Part shown: positions 46,606 through 55,242 of the stretch, one piece after another | Position numbering within the stretch: position 1 is the stretch's first letter | How the letters are laid out: each line of letters starts with the position of its first letter | Origin: a virus | Taxonomy: Duplodnaviria > Caudoviricetes | Virus record (IMG/VR): IMGVR_UViG_3300045996_001685 | Coordinates: 1 to 56,111 of that record | Strand: one strand, 5' to 3' | DNA: 56,111 bases | Made by a program: the position numbers and the translations under genes | The notes under the pieces: generated by a model | Databases searched by the model: none | What the model was told of the DNA's origin: nothing | Seen by the model: the letters and a program-made list of their open reading frames with translations, nothing else

Positions 46606-47157
46606 TTGAACGTACAACCATCCGAGAAAACAAAATCCACGCTTAAGTGCATCCTCGCGTCCACCGATTGGCGCGTGATTGCGGCGTCGATCCCTGACCG
46701 ACTGCCCGTGGAGCCGGAGCCGGAGCCGGTCGTGAGGACCGCGCCGGCCTTTCGCATCCGGACGCGCAAGAAGCCGGGCGAGGTGCAAAACGCGTTCATC
46801 GCGGCGCTGAAGCACGGGCCACTAACCCGGGTGGAGCTCGCCGCAGCGACCGGGCACGACGCCTCACGTATCGGCTCGACCATCCGCTGGTCGCTCCGCA
46901 ACGGCACCATTCATATCCTCCGGGACGGGCGCTTCGCGCTGAGCGGGCTTGAAGCTCCGCCGCGCAAGCTGCTGCCACTCGGGCGAGTCATGGAGCTGAT
47001 CCTCGAGGCGGTCGGCGACCGTCCTGTGCTGTGGCGCGAGCTGCGCGACCAAATTGACGCCGCCGAGGGGACGCTTAACCGCGCGCTGGCTAGTCTGTGC
47101 CGACGTCAGCTTATCCAGCGCATCGCGCTCGGCACCTATCAGAGGGTAGGGGCGTGA
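46606..47157 (+). CDS. Tandem winged-helix DNA-binding protein
   Basis: GPLTRVELAAATG and WRELR..GTLNRALASL..IQRIALGTY. Confidence 0.65.
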   Translation: MNVQPSEKTKSTLKCILASTDWRVIAASIPDRLPVEPEPEPVVRTAPAFRIRTRKKPGEVQNAFIAALKHGPLTRVELAAATGHDASRIGSTIRWSLRNGTIHILRDGRFALSGLEAPPRKLLPLGRVMELILEAVGDRPVLWRELRDQIDAAEGTLNRALASLCRRQLIQRIALGTYQRVGA

Positions 47158-47531
47158 CCGAGGCCGAGTTCGAGTTGTTTGACCTCACCCGACGGGAGGC
47201 GTGTCGCTTTAAGGAGAACCACGTCCGAGTCCGCGACGGGATGATTGTCGTCTATCTGTACGATCGCGGTCGGATGGCAGAGGCGTGGTTCGACGTGGCT
47301 CAGCTCAGGTCCTATCGGGGGTGCGTTCGATGCGCTGTCCGTGACCGCCTAGACAAGGCACACTACGAGCTCCGGCAGCAACGGGTGCCCCTTCCAGAGC
47401 CGCTCGACGCATCTACGCTAGACGGCGACTTGCACGGCTACCGCTTCGGCACCGCCCCCACGACCCGGACCGCCCTCGACCAAGACGCCCTGACCGCCAA
47501 AGCAACCGACCAGAAAGGGAGAAAAGAATGA
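47154..47531 (+). CDS. Hypothetical protein
   Basis: GTGA coupling. Confidence 0.55.
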   Translation: MTEAEFELFDLTRREACRFKENHVRVRDGMIVVYLYDRGRMAEAWFDVAQLRSYRGCVRCAVRDRLDKAHYELRQQRVPLPEPLDASTLDGDLHGYRFGTAPTTRTALDQDALTAKATDQKGRKE

Positions 47532-47746
47532 AATTGCCGGCATGGCTTGCTGTAGTTGTAGCGGCATGCGCAGTTCTGTCGACTGCTGCCCTAGTTTGGC
47601 CTTACGTCGAGGGGGCAATGTCGCGCAAGAAGCACGCAAACGTATACAGGATGTCGGAGCTTATGTGCGGCCTTCCAGGCGTTGACCCTGGATACTGTAT
47701 GGAGAAACGGCGGCTTGAAGACCTGTACGGCTTTCGGCCTCGCTAG
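47528..47746 (+). CDS. Small membrane-anchored protein
   Basis: N-terminal hydrophobic segment. Confidence 0.6.
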   Translation: MKLPAWLAVVVAACAVLSTAALVWPYVEGAMSRKKHANVYRMSELMCGLPGVDPGYCMEKRRLEDLYGFRPR

Positions 47747-47762
47747 ACACAAGGGAACACCG

Positions 47763-48752
47763 ATGAGCACTCCCGCACTGATTTTCTTTCAGGCTGACAC
47801 CCTGGCACGACCGCCGCGCCTCCTCCAAAATCGCGCGCACGTTGAGACGCTGCCGTTTGACGGGCTCGTGATCAACATCCCGGCTTCCTATACCGTGTCG
47901 CGAGCGTCAACGCGGCTCGACTATGCCGACACTCGGCGTTGGCTGACGCTCGACGGGATGTACTCAAAGCTTAATCAAAGCTACCTTCTAGCCTACACCG
48001 CCCACGAGGAGTCGCCCCCGGATGTGTTCGACTCCCAAGAGCGGTTAATCACCAACTGGCGGTTGCTGGCGCGAGCAGCTCGAGAAGCCGGGATGCGTGG
48101 GCTGTTTGTCGATAACGAACCATACGACACCCGCGCCCTCGAGTTCCCCGACGGCGCGCGGTGGCCGGAGTTCGGTCTGGCTCGGTATCAGCGGCAAGCC
48201 CGGTCGGTCGGGAGGTGGGTAATGGACGGCATACTCAAGGAGTGGCCTGAGGCACATGTTATCGTCGCCCATGGGCCGTATGTGAGCGAGCCAAAGACAC
48301 CCCGCGAGGTCTCGCTCCTGCAAGTCGAGACAACCCCGTATGACCTTCGCGGGCACTGGTTCTCGGGGATGGCGCAAGCATCGGGTAACGGTCAGCTGGT
48401 CGACGGAGGCGAGGTCTACCAGTACCGGACACGCGAGGACTTTGTGCGCTCGAGGCAGTGGCGGGAGACCGGGTTGCCTCAAGTCCCGTCTAGCACGGTC
48501 GTGCCTTCCCCGCTGCGTCGGACGTGGCGGGACCGGGTGTCGATCGGGTTTGGCGTCTACGATCGGCCGTGGAAGGCCGGCTACGAGATGAACCCGGAGG
48601 TGCTCGAAACCACGCTCACCAACGCGCTGGCCGTCGCTGAGGACGTGGTGTGGCTGTACACTGACGGCTCCGGAGGCGGGCGTTACCTCGACCCGCTGAC
48701 GGTCGACTCGGCGTATGTTGATGTCGTGCGTCGAGCGCGCGGCGCTGGCTGA
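47763..48752 (+). CDS. Putative TIM-barrel glycoside-hydrolase-like protein
   Basis: LPFDGLVI, GMRGLFVDNEPY, LVDGGE.Y, VVWLY alternating beta/alpha pattern. Confidence 0.55.
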   Translation: MSTPALIFFQADTLARPPRLLQNRAHVETLPFDGLVINIPASYTVSRASTRLDYADTRRWLTLDGMYSKLNQSYLLAYTAHEESPPDVFDSQERLITNWRLLARAAREAGMRGLFVDNEPYDTRALEFPDGARWPEFGLARYQRQARSVGRWVMDGILKEWPEAHVIVAHGPYVSEPKTPREVSLLQVETTPYDLRGHWFSGMAQASGNGQLVDGGEVYQYRTREDFVRSRQWRETGLPQVPSSTVVPSPLRRTWRDRVSIGFGVYDRPWKAGYEMNPEVLETTLTNALAVAEDVVWLYTDGSGGGRYLDPLTVDSAYVDVVRRARGAG

Positions 48753-48763
48753 AAGGAACAAGG

Positions 48764-49462
48764 ATGAACGAAGTCACCAACCTGCCCCTATTCGACTATG
48801 CCCAGCTTGAACCGAAGGCTCGAGCGGTCGCCCAAGAGGCCGCCGGCATTATCCGGCTTCACGGCAAGCGGGCGGCTGAAAGCATCTTTGAGATAGGCCG
48901 GCAGCTGCTGCGCGTTAGAAAGGCTTTTGAGGAGCGAGGCGAGGAGGTTTTCTTGGCATGGCTTGACCATGAATTTAGGTGGAAGAAGTCGAGCGCATAT
49001 AACTTCATGAATGTAGCGGATAGGCTGCCAGATGACTTCCAACGGTTGGAAGTCGATGCGGGCGCTCTTTACCTCCTTTCGACTAAGGCGGCCGAGCCGG
49101 CTCGGGACGCTGCCCTGGCGATGGCGCGGGAGGGCAAACGCGTCACGCACGCGACCGTCAAGGACATCATCGAGGGAGTCAGGAAGCAAGCCGCCGAGAC
49201 GTTCAAGCCGCCGGCCGACGCTTCCCCTCCCGCCGAACGGCCCGGACCGGACCCGGTTAGGGTCGCCAACTTCGAGACCTCGGCGGCCTTGAACGGAAGG
49301 TTCCGCGATTTTCGGGGGTTGGTGTCCAGACCGCCCGCAGAGGTGGCGCTGACCATCGACCCCATTCTCAGGCGAGGGCAATCCGAACTCGCCTACACCC
49401 TGGCGCGCTGGCTCGACGAGCTCGTGGCCGAACTGGAGAAGCTTGATGACCAAGCAGCCTAA
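48764..49462 (+). CDS. DUF3102-domain protein
   Basis: FDYAQL, SIFEIGRQL, FLAWL..EF....SAYNFM.VA, ALYLL. Confidence 0.8.
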   Translation: MNEVTNLPLFDYAQLEPKARAVAQEAAGIIRLHGKRAAESIFEIGRQLLRVRKAFEERGEEVFLAWLDHEFRWKKSSAYNFMNVADRLPDDFQRLEVDAGALYLLSTKAAEPARDAALAMAREGKRVTHATVKDIIEGVRKQAAETFKPPADASPPAERPGPDPVRVANFETSAALNGRFRDFRGLVSRPPAEVALTIDPILRRGQSELAYTLARWLDELVAELEKLDDQAA

Positions 49463-49916
49463 CCTCTCGACCCTGGTCCGGGAGCTTATCGAGAAGATGC
49501 TCGCAAAGGGTCCGGTCAACACTGACGACTTTGCGCACACGTTCACCCAAGAGTACCCCCAGTTTGTCGAGGAGCATTCGTTCCAGCTAGGGCTGAACGC
49601 AATCAAGAAGGCGTTTCGCGACCTGATTAAGCAGACCTTGCCTCAGGAGCAGGGCAATCTATACGAGTACTTCGGAGAGTCTCTCCCGCGGGCGTTGGCA
49701 GTGCCTCGTCGTGGCACTGACGAACCCTATTATGTGGCCACGGAGAACGCCACGGGTGCGGAGGCCGACGCGGCGCTGATGCTGTTAGACCTGAACGTCA
49801 CGGCCGTAATCGCCCGCCGAGACGCGGTCGCGAAGCTTATCGAGGTTTTCCGGCAGCGTGGCGGAAGGGACCACGACCGGCTTGCGGACGTGCTTCGCCC
49901 CAAGGTCGATGCCTGA
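49446..49916 (+). CDS. Hypothetical protein
   Basis: Overlaps DUF3102 gene end; SD GGAG. Confidence 0.65.
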   Translation: MTKQPNLSTLVRELIEKMLAKGPVNTDDFAHTFTQEYPQFVEEHSFQLGLNAIKKAFRDLIKQTLPQEQGNLYEYFGESLPRALAVPRRGTDEPYYVATENATGAEADAALMLLDLNVTAVIARRDAVAKLIEVFRQRGGRDHDRLADVLRPKVDA

Positions 49917-50141
49917 ACTGGACAGCCCTTGGCGGATGGCGTAAGCCTTGAGTCCGCTCCGAAACGGAGTGCGGCCCGGAGCTGGCAACCCCGGGCCGCG
50001 GCCGAACCTGTGTAGAGCAGGAGAGGCACACAAGGCGCTTGGATTGGCCAAGCGCGGACAACCGCCTAAGGAGAGTTAGGCGCGACAACAGCCTAAGGAG
50101 AGTTAGGCCAATGACCTTGTACGGCTTTCGTTCTGTTCTGG
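49917..50141 (+). ncRNA. Candidate structured cis-regulatory RNA upstream of replication initiator
   Basis: Multiple nested stems, GNRA loop and two identical 18 nt hairpins. Confidence 0.5.
50064..50108. repeat. Two identical 18-mers GCCTAA-GGAGAG-TTAGGC, 27 bp period
   Basis: 50064-50081 and 50091-50108. Confidence 0.95.
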
Positions 50142-50170
50142 CAACCCACCCCGTCGCGGGGTGCGCGTGA
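50111..50170 (+). CDS. 19 aa leader peptide coupled to the initiator gene
   Basis: MTLYGFRSVLATHPVAGCA; SD AGGAGAG; TGATG overlap with ATG 50170. Confidence 0.55.
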   Translation: MTLYGFRSVLATHPVAGCA

Positions 50171-51060
50171 TGGCGCGCCTTGCTTGGTACAAGCGGTATC
50201 CTAAAGATTTTCGCGAAGGGACCCGGAGGCTGTCCTTCGAGGAGCGCGGATTTTACTCCGACGTGCTCGACTTGATTTACGAGCACGGTAACGAACTCCC
50301 GGACGACGACTCCGCCAACGCCCACATGCTCCACGCCGACGTCCGCACCTACCGGCGGCTCAAAGCTCGCCTGATGGACGTCCACAAGAAGCTCTACGTG
50401 GCCCACGGGATGCTCCGAAACAGCCGGGCTGACGCCGAAGCTGCGGCTGTATCTTCCCGGAGATCGGGCGGGAAACCCCCCGGAGCTCCGGCAACATACT
50501 CCCCGGAGCTCCGGCAACAATGTTTGCCGAAGTCGGGTCCGGAATCGGGGAAATTCAACGGCATACCCGTTTCGTCCGCGCAACTCGACTCACGCGCGCG
50601 CGCGCGTCAGAATCCAGATAAGACAGATAAGACAGAGATAGAGTCTCTATTACCCCCCCCTGAGTCTCGTGACTCACGCGCTGGCGCGCGCGAGGAGGTG
50701 GGGGGGGATGAAAACGCAAGAGCGGCTGTTGCCGAACTCGTCGCTCACCTCGCACCCCGAGGCTACTACGACCACCAAGTGGCCAAGGCCGTTGAAGGCT
50801 GGCTTGCGTTGGCACCCTCGTGGTGGGTGCTGCACAAGGTTCGAACCGCCGCCGCCGAAAAGACGATACAATGGCCGCTGCAATGGCTCGCTAAACAGGT
50901 CGAGCTCCGCGTCGACGAGGAAGCCCGCCGAGCGGCCGGACACGGCCCTAACGAACTCCCCGAATCCACCATCGCCGAAATCGAAGCTCGAATGGCCTAC
51001 GTGGCTGAAGCTATCCGACAAGAGCAACTCGCAACAATGGAGGCTAAAGGAAATGCCTAG
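50170..51060 (+). CDS. Replication initiator, DUF1376/YdaU family
   Basis: WYKRYPKDF..GT..LSFEERGFY..LDLIY; internal iterons. Confidence 0.88.
   Translation: MARLAWYKRYPKDFREGTRRLSFEERGFYSDVLDLIYEHGNELPDDDSANAHMLHADVRTYRRLKARLMDVHKKLYVAHGMLRNSRADAEAAAVSSRRSGGKPPGAPATYSPELRQQCLPKSGPESGKFNGIPVSSAQLDSRARARQNPDKTDKTEIESLLPPPESRDSRAGAREEVGGDENARAAVAELVAHLAPRGYYDHQVAKAVEGWLALAPSWWVLHKVRTAAAEKTIQWPLQWLAKQVELRVDEEARRAAGHGPNELPESTIAEIEARMAYVAEAIRQEQLATMEAKGNA
50455..50710. repeat. Putative replication origin (iterons plus A-rich repeats)
   Basis: CCCCGGAGCTCCGGCAACA at 50478 and 50501, degenerate copy at 50455 (23 bp period); CAGATAAGA x2; GACTCACGCGC x2. Confidence 0.75.
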
Positions 51061-51646
51061 CTCACTCGACCACACGACACAGTTTCTCAAGATGCTGCGC
51101 GTCAACACCCGACGGAATAAGGACACCACCGACGCGCAGCAGCAAGAGCAACTCACGGCGTGGGCTGCGGAACTCTGCAAATACGACGCAAACGACGTTA
51201 CACGAGCTATCACCGTGTGGAAGGATACCCAAGAATGGTGGCCGTCGTCTTGGAAGCAGCTTAAAGAGGCCGTTGAAGCCGCCCGCGACGGACGCAGAGC
51301 CCAAAACGCTACCGAACGCCCGCCCGCCGAACTCACCCTCTCCGACGCCGCAAACATCGCGTTCGGCTTCTTGGGCAACCCCCACCTCCGCGAGTTCGAT
51401 CGCCGCCACAACCGCGCAGCGCTGGTCCGGGCGCTGGCCGAGTGGACCCTCCCGCAAGCCCGCCTGTTCGCCCAAGCCACCGGCACCGACGCTCGAACGG
51501 CCGCCATGCAAGCCGTTACAGCCGAGGCGGAGCGCCTGCTCGGCAAAACCGCTGGCCAAATCTGCCGAGAAGAAACCGAGGCGCGCGGCGAACCACTCGC
51601 ACCTGTGCCAGGGTTTAACCGCATCCCGGATGAGGTGCGGCTGTGA
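51053..51646 (+). CDS. Helicase loader/inhibitor-like replication protein
   Basis: Follows initiator; W...L..Y....V..AI..W....WWPS pattern. Confidence 0.6.
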   Translation: MPSSLDHTTQFLKMLRVNTRRNKDTTDAQQQEQLTAWAAELCKYDANDVTRAITVWKDTQEWWPSSWKQLKEAVEAARDGRRAQNATERPPAELTLSDAANIAFGFLGNPHLREFDRRHNRAALVRALAEWTLPQARLFAQATGTDARTAAMQAVTAEAERLLGKTAGQICREETEARGEPLAPVPGFNRIPDEVRL

Positions 51647-52167
51647 TTGCCACCGAAACCTATCGGTGCGAATGCGGAGCCCAGATTACTATCTCGGGCG
51701 ACCTGCAAAACTCAGGCGGTATAGCTCGCGGTATGGCGCTGGGCGGCTGGTCGCTTGTGAACGGTAGGTGGACCTGCCCGCAAGGAGCTGGAGGACACCA
51801 GCCCACCCCAGTCGAGCAGATCGGACCCAACACCCTCGCCGACCGCCTCGAGGTCGCAACCTCCTATCGGGAACTGCTGCAACTCGGTTGGGACGCCGCC
51901 CGGGTGCTGCGGGACGAACCCGACTCGACGGACGATGAGATCGAGTTTACGCTCGACGGCAATCCCGCGATGGATCTTAACGCATGCAAACTGCTGTATG
52001 AATCCAGCCTGCCGGGGTTGTGCGCCGAGCTGATGCTGTCCGTACCAGGACCGCCCCACTCGCAGTTTGTTCGCGTCTGTCGGCCGGGAGGCTGGTGTGC
52101 AACGGGGCAGCACAAAGACGAGATTTGCGCCGCGTGGCTCGCCGCTATGCTGAGGGCGAAAGCATGA
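51643..52167 (+). CDS. Hypothetical protein with N-terminal Zn ribbon
   Basis: CECG..GW..WTCP. Confidence 0.6.
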   Translation: MIATETYRCECGAQITISGDLQNSGGIARGMALGGWSLVNGRWTCPQGAGGHQPTPVEQIGPNTLADRLEVATSYRELLQLGWDAARVLRDEPDSTDDEIEFTLDGNPAMDLNACKLLYESSLPGLCAELMLSVPGPPHSQFVRVCRPGGWCATGQHKDEICAAWLAAMLRAKA

Positions 52168-52394
52168 CCAGCCTCGCGCAACACCTCCGCCCCGATACCC
52201 CTACCCTGGCCGCTTGGCTGCGGTGCCGACACGGCTGCCGAACGCCCGCTACCCTGCTCGTGGAGTTCGATGACACCGGGTGCCTTTGCTGGCCGGACCC
52301 ACTGCAAGCACTCTGCCACCAACACGCCCTGAAAGGGCTTGAAGCGGCTTGGCCAAACGGCCGCGTCGTCGCCCGCTTGGAGTGGCCACGATGA
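52164..52394 (+). CDS. Small Cys/His-rich protein
   Basis: CRHGC..CLC..CHQH; ATGA coupling. Confidence 0.6.
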   Translation: MTSLAQHLRPDTPTLAAWLRCRHGCRTPATLLVEFDDTGCLCWPDPLQALCHQHALKGLEAAWPNGRVVARLEWPR

Positions 52395-52618
52395 CCGAAT
52401 GCTGCGGTAACTGCCGGTTTCAATTCACCGACCCAAACCCGACCTTCGAGGAACTCACCGTCTACTGCGCCGAGGGGCCGCTTGTCCAAGTCGTCATCGA
52501 CTCCGAGCCCAGTCGGTGGCGCTTCGCGTTTGTGCGACCACCTGCCCCTAATGGATACTGGTGCGGGCGATACCAGCCACGAGCCGGCGACGACTGGCTC
52601 GAGAAGGTCACGCCATGA
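52391..52618 (+). CDS. Small Cys-rich phage protein
   Basis: CCGNCRF..C..P..WCG.Y. Confidence 0.65.
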   Translation: MTECCGNCRFQFTDPNPTFEELTVYCAEGPLVQVVIDSEPSRWRFAFVRPPAPNGYWCGRYQPRAGDDWLEKVTP

Positions 52619-52797
52619 ACCCTGACCTGCAAGCCAAAACCGAAGAACTGCGGGACGTCCTCGACTATCTGCAAGCCATGCGTATCCCCAATCACCCCGA
52701 GGGTGAAGAACGGACTTGGGCGTGGAACTCAGTGCTCGACGTCGTCGCCAGCCGACTGCGCGCCGGTATGCATCGTCGTGGAAAACCTACGTCGTGA
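52615..52797 (+). CDS. Hypothetical protein
   Basis: ATGA coupling. Confidence 0.55.
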   Translation: MNPDLQAKTEELRDVLDYLQAMRIPNHPEGEERTWAWNSVLDVVASRLRAGMHRRGKPTS

Positions 52798-52875
52798 GCG
52801 TTCGTCGCTGCTAATCGGCATTGCGACGTGCACCGTAGTTGGCCTATCAGGACACAGGACCGAGGAGACCAGACC

Positions 52876-53271
52876 GTGACCGCAGCCGTAAGCATCGCCG
52901 CACGTGAGTCGCAGCCGCTTGAGCTCCCCAAGCGCAAGGGAGCAGGCAAGCCGGTGTCCCCACCTCGCTGGACCACCTCGCCCCACGGCGTCGTCTCGCT
53001 GGTCCTCCACGGCGATCACACATTCGCGGTCGTCACCGCCGGACCCCGACCCGGCAAAACTACGGTCACCGCCGAGTGGCTCGAGGACCACGACGGCAAG
53101 CTCGAAACCGTCCGACACGAGCAGGACGTGACCGTCAAACCCCGCGGCAAGAACGATCCCGCACCCCCGCCCGTCTTCGCCGAGGACGACGTCGAGGCTA
53201 GGGGGCAGAAGGTCGTCGAGGCACCCGAGCCGGGCGAGCAGCAAGAGGTCCAGCCCGAGGGCGCTGCGTGA
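52876..53271 (+). CDS. Hypothetical protein
   Basis: SD GAGGAG, GTG start. Confidence 0.6.
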   Translation: MTAAVSIAARESQPLELPKRKGAGKPVSPPRWTTSPHGVVSLVLHGDHTFAVVTAGPRPGKTTVTAEWLEDHDGKLETVRHEQDVTVKPRGKNDPAPPPVFAEDDVEARGQKVVEAPEPGEQQEVQPEGAA

Positions 53272-53651
53272 GCTACTACGTCGCCGAACCGCTGATAGCC
53301 CTACTCGCCAAGGGGCAGCTCGATCCCCCACAAGCCCGCGTGCTCACCGCATACGCCAGCGACGTCCAGGCGGTCGTGAACGTGGAGCGCATGCCAGAGC
53401 GCCGAAGAGAGGCGCAGGAGCGCTCGACCACGTTTCGCCAAGATGCCCAGCATGCCCGCCAACGGGTCGAGCAAGCCGACGCGGCAATGGGCGATAGCGC
53501 ACGCCGAATAGTCCGGCGTATCGTGTGCAACGGCGAGTCGCCCCTGTACGCAGCAACCGCCCTCAAAACGACTGTGATCCAGGCTATCGCTGCGCTGGCG
53601 TGGGCTGGCCAAGCCATTACCCCGATCTACAGGGAAGCGGCCGATGCCTGA
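53268..53651 (+). CDS. Putative late-transcription regulator (Q/sigma-region-4-like)
   Basis: L..KGQL...Q and AMGDSARRIVRRIVCNGES helix pattern; upstream of late promoter. Confidence 0.5.
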   Translation: MSYYVAEPLIALLAKGQLDPPQARVLTAYASDVQAVVNVERMPERRREAQERSTTFRQDAQHARQRVEQADAAMGDSARRIVRRIVCNGESPLYAATALKTTVIQAIAALAWAGQAITPIYREAADA

Positions 53652-53832
53652 CCCCGAGCTGTTTGTCGACGACGTCGACCCATACGCTCGGGACGAGGCC
53701 ATGGTTATGGGCTTGCTCGTGTGCGCTCTGATGGACGCTCACGAAACTATCGTGGAGCTTAATGATCTGCTGGTAGAGGTCGAAATCGACGACGCGTGCT
53801 CGGGCGCTGACGCGTCGGATATGATCCACTAG
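53644..53832 (+). CDS. Small acidic hypothetical protein
   Basis: Overlaps previous stop. Confidence 0.5.
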   Translation: MPDPELFVDDVDPYARDEAMVMGLLVCALMDAHETIVELNDLLVEVEIDDACSGADASDMIH

Positions 53833-53842
53833 CAGGCTATCC

Positions 53843-53871
53843 TTGACACGCGTAAGCGATTGCACTAGCTG
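53843..53871 (+). promoter_or_regulatory. Putative late promoter (pR'-like)
   Basis: Perfect TTGACA-N17-TAGCTG in an intergenic gap, followed by CGGGGT..ACCCCG hairpin. Confidence 0.6.
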
Positions 53872-53894
53872 GCGGGGTATGACACCCACCCCGG

Positions 53895-54152
53895 ATGCAC
53901 GTGCCTAACCGCACAACGCATCGGACTGCAGTGCGAGAACCAGCCGACCGCACAAGTCGTCGGCTCACCACCGCAGGTAAAGCAGCCTGCCACACCCCCT
54001 CCGCTGACGAAATTATCCTTAGCACGCTTCGGCAGGTCGAAGCCGACGACGAGCAACACGCCTCCCGAGAACAGGTCGAGGCATACCTCGTGCGGCTGCG
54101 AAACCTCGTGCGTGCAACCCTCCGCGAGCCCAACCCCGAGGGCGAAGCATGA
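53895..54152 (+). CDS. Hypothetical protein
   Basis: Start uncertain; coupled to next gene. Confidence 0.5.
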   Translation: MHVPNRTTHRTAVREPADRTSRRLTTAGKAACHTPSADEIILSTLRQVEADDEQHASREQVEAYLVRLRNLVRATLREPNPEGEA

Positions 54153-54361
54153 CGCCTAAGCTACGCTGGACGCCTCAGCAGCAAATCGCCGAGGCTGTCG
54201 CCCGAGTTATCACTGCCTACGTGAGCGGCGGACCTGAGCCCGGGGCGGTCAACGTCCTGCGTGCCATCCGTGCCAGCGCTCCTGTAATCCGCGAGCCCAT
54301 CACCTCCCCGCAACCGGCTCCCCCAAGGGGCTCGCGGACCCCTGCCAAGGAGACCGAGTAG
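54149..54361 (+). CDS. Hypothetical protein
   Basis: ATGA coupling. Confidence 0.55.
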   Translation: MTPKLRWTPQQQIAEAVARVITAYVSGGPEPGAVNVLRAIRASAPVIREPITSPQPAPPRGSRTPAKETE

Positions 54362-54363
54362 CC

Positions 54364-54606
54364 GTGCGCCTCGAACTCCGAACCCTCCGCTCCCCCTACA
54401 CACCGGGCGGACAAACCATCGTGCTGTGTGACGCCGAGACCGGCCAGCAACTGCCCGGCATCTTGGCCGTCCGCCTCGAGCAGCACGCCAAAGAACGGGA
54501 CCGACTGTCCGTCGAGTTCCTCGTCGACGGTAAGCGCATCGCCCTCGCACTGCACCTCGAGCCCGAGGCACCTGACCTCGACGAGGACGGCGGTCGTGCT
54601 GTCTAG
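54364..54606 (+). CDS. Hypothetical protein
   Basis: SD AAGGAG. Confidence 0.6.
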   Translation: MRLELRTLRSPYTPGGQTIVLCDAETGQQLPGILAVRLEQHAKERDRLSVEFLVDGKRIALALHLEPEAPDLDEDGGRAV

Positions 54607-54640
54607 GACAGCAGTACCATGCACGCCGCGCATCAATCGC

Positions 54641-54696
54641 GGGTCCTTCTTGCGTGCTACAAATCGTAAGCGGGCGGCTGCGCGAGATTTTCGTAG
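54641..54696 (+). other. Lambda-like cos site (cosQ + cosN)
   Basis: GGGTCCT, 24 nt, GGGCGGCTGCGCGAGATTTTCG, in the gap just before terS. Confidence 0.75.
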
Positions 54697-54753
54697 CGTG
54701 GATGCCACACCGGCTAACTCTCCGTTGTTTTGCGGTCACACCTAAAAACAGCC

Positions 54754-55242
54754 ATGATTATCTCTCAGAAAAACTGGTTAGAAATAACAGGTTGGACGCA
54801 CACGGAGTTTGCAAAGCGGCTCAAGGCGGGCTTCCCTGTGCTTTCTCGGCCCTCCACTCGAGGCGAGGATTATCGAATTGACTCGGTTGAGGCGGTTCGG
54901 TGGGTTGAATTGCAGGCCGCAGGACCTGAAAAAGCCTCGAAAATGGTCCTAGACCTATCGACGGAGCGCGCTCGTCTGGCGAAAGAGCAGGCGGACAAGG
55001 AAGAATTCGAGAACAAGCGGCGCCGCGGCGATCTAGTGACCAAAGACGAGCATCTCGCTGTGTTGCAGGCCGCGATTGGCAGCATCCCCGGCAAGTTCTG
55101 GGGATTACCGGCAAGATTGGCTCCGATTGTAGCGCCCGACGACCCGAAGCGGGCTCGTGAGGTGCTGCAGCAGGGTGTCGAGGAGGTTGCGGCCGACATC
55201 CGCGAGACTTTGGCTCGTCTCCAGCCGCCGAGGGCCGCATAG
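54754..55242 (+). CDS. terS: Terminase small subunit (Nu1-like)
   Basis: N-terminal winged HTH, ERARLAKEQAD..E..N....GDLV coiled coil. Confidence 0.9.
   Translation: MIISQKNWLEITGWTHTEFAKRLKAGFPVLSRPSTRGEDYRIDSVEAVRWVELQAAGPEKASKMVLDLSTERARLAKEQADKEEFENKRRRGDLVTKDEHLAVLQAAIGSIPGKFWGLPARLAPIVAPDDPKRAREVLQQGVEEVAADIRETLARLQPPRAA

Noticed and set aside
50052-50108. Mini CRISPR array
   Set aside because: Only two 18 bp units with a 9 nt gap and no cas genes
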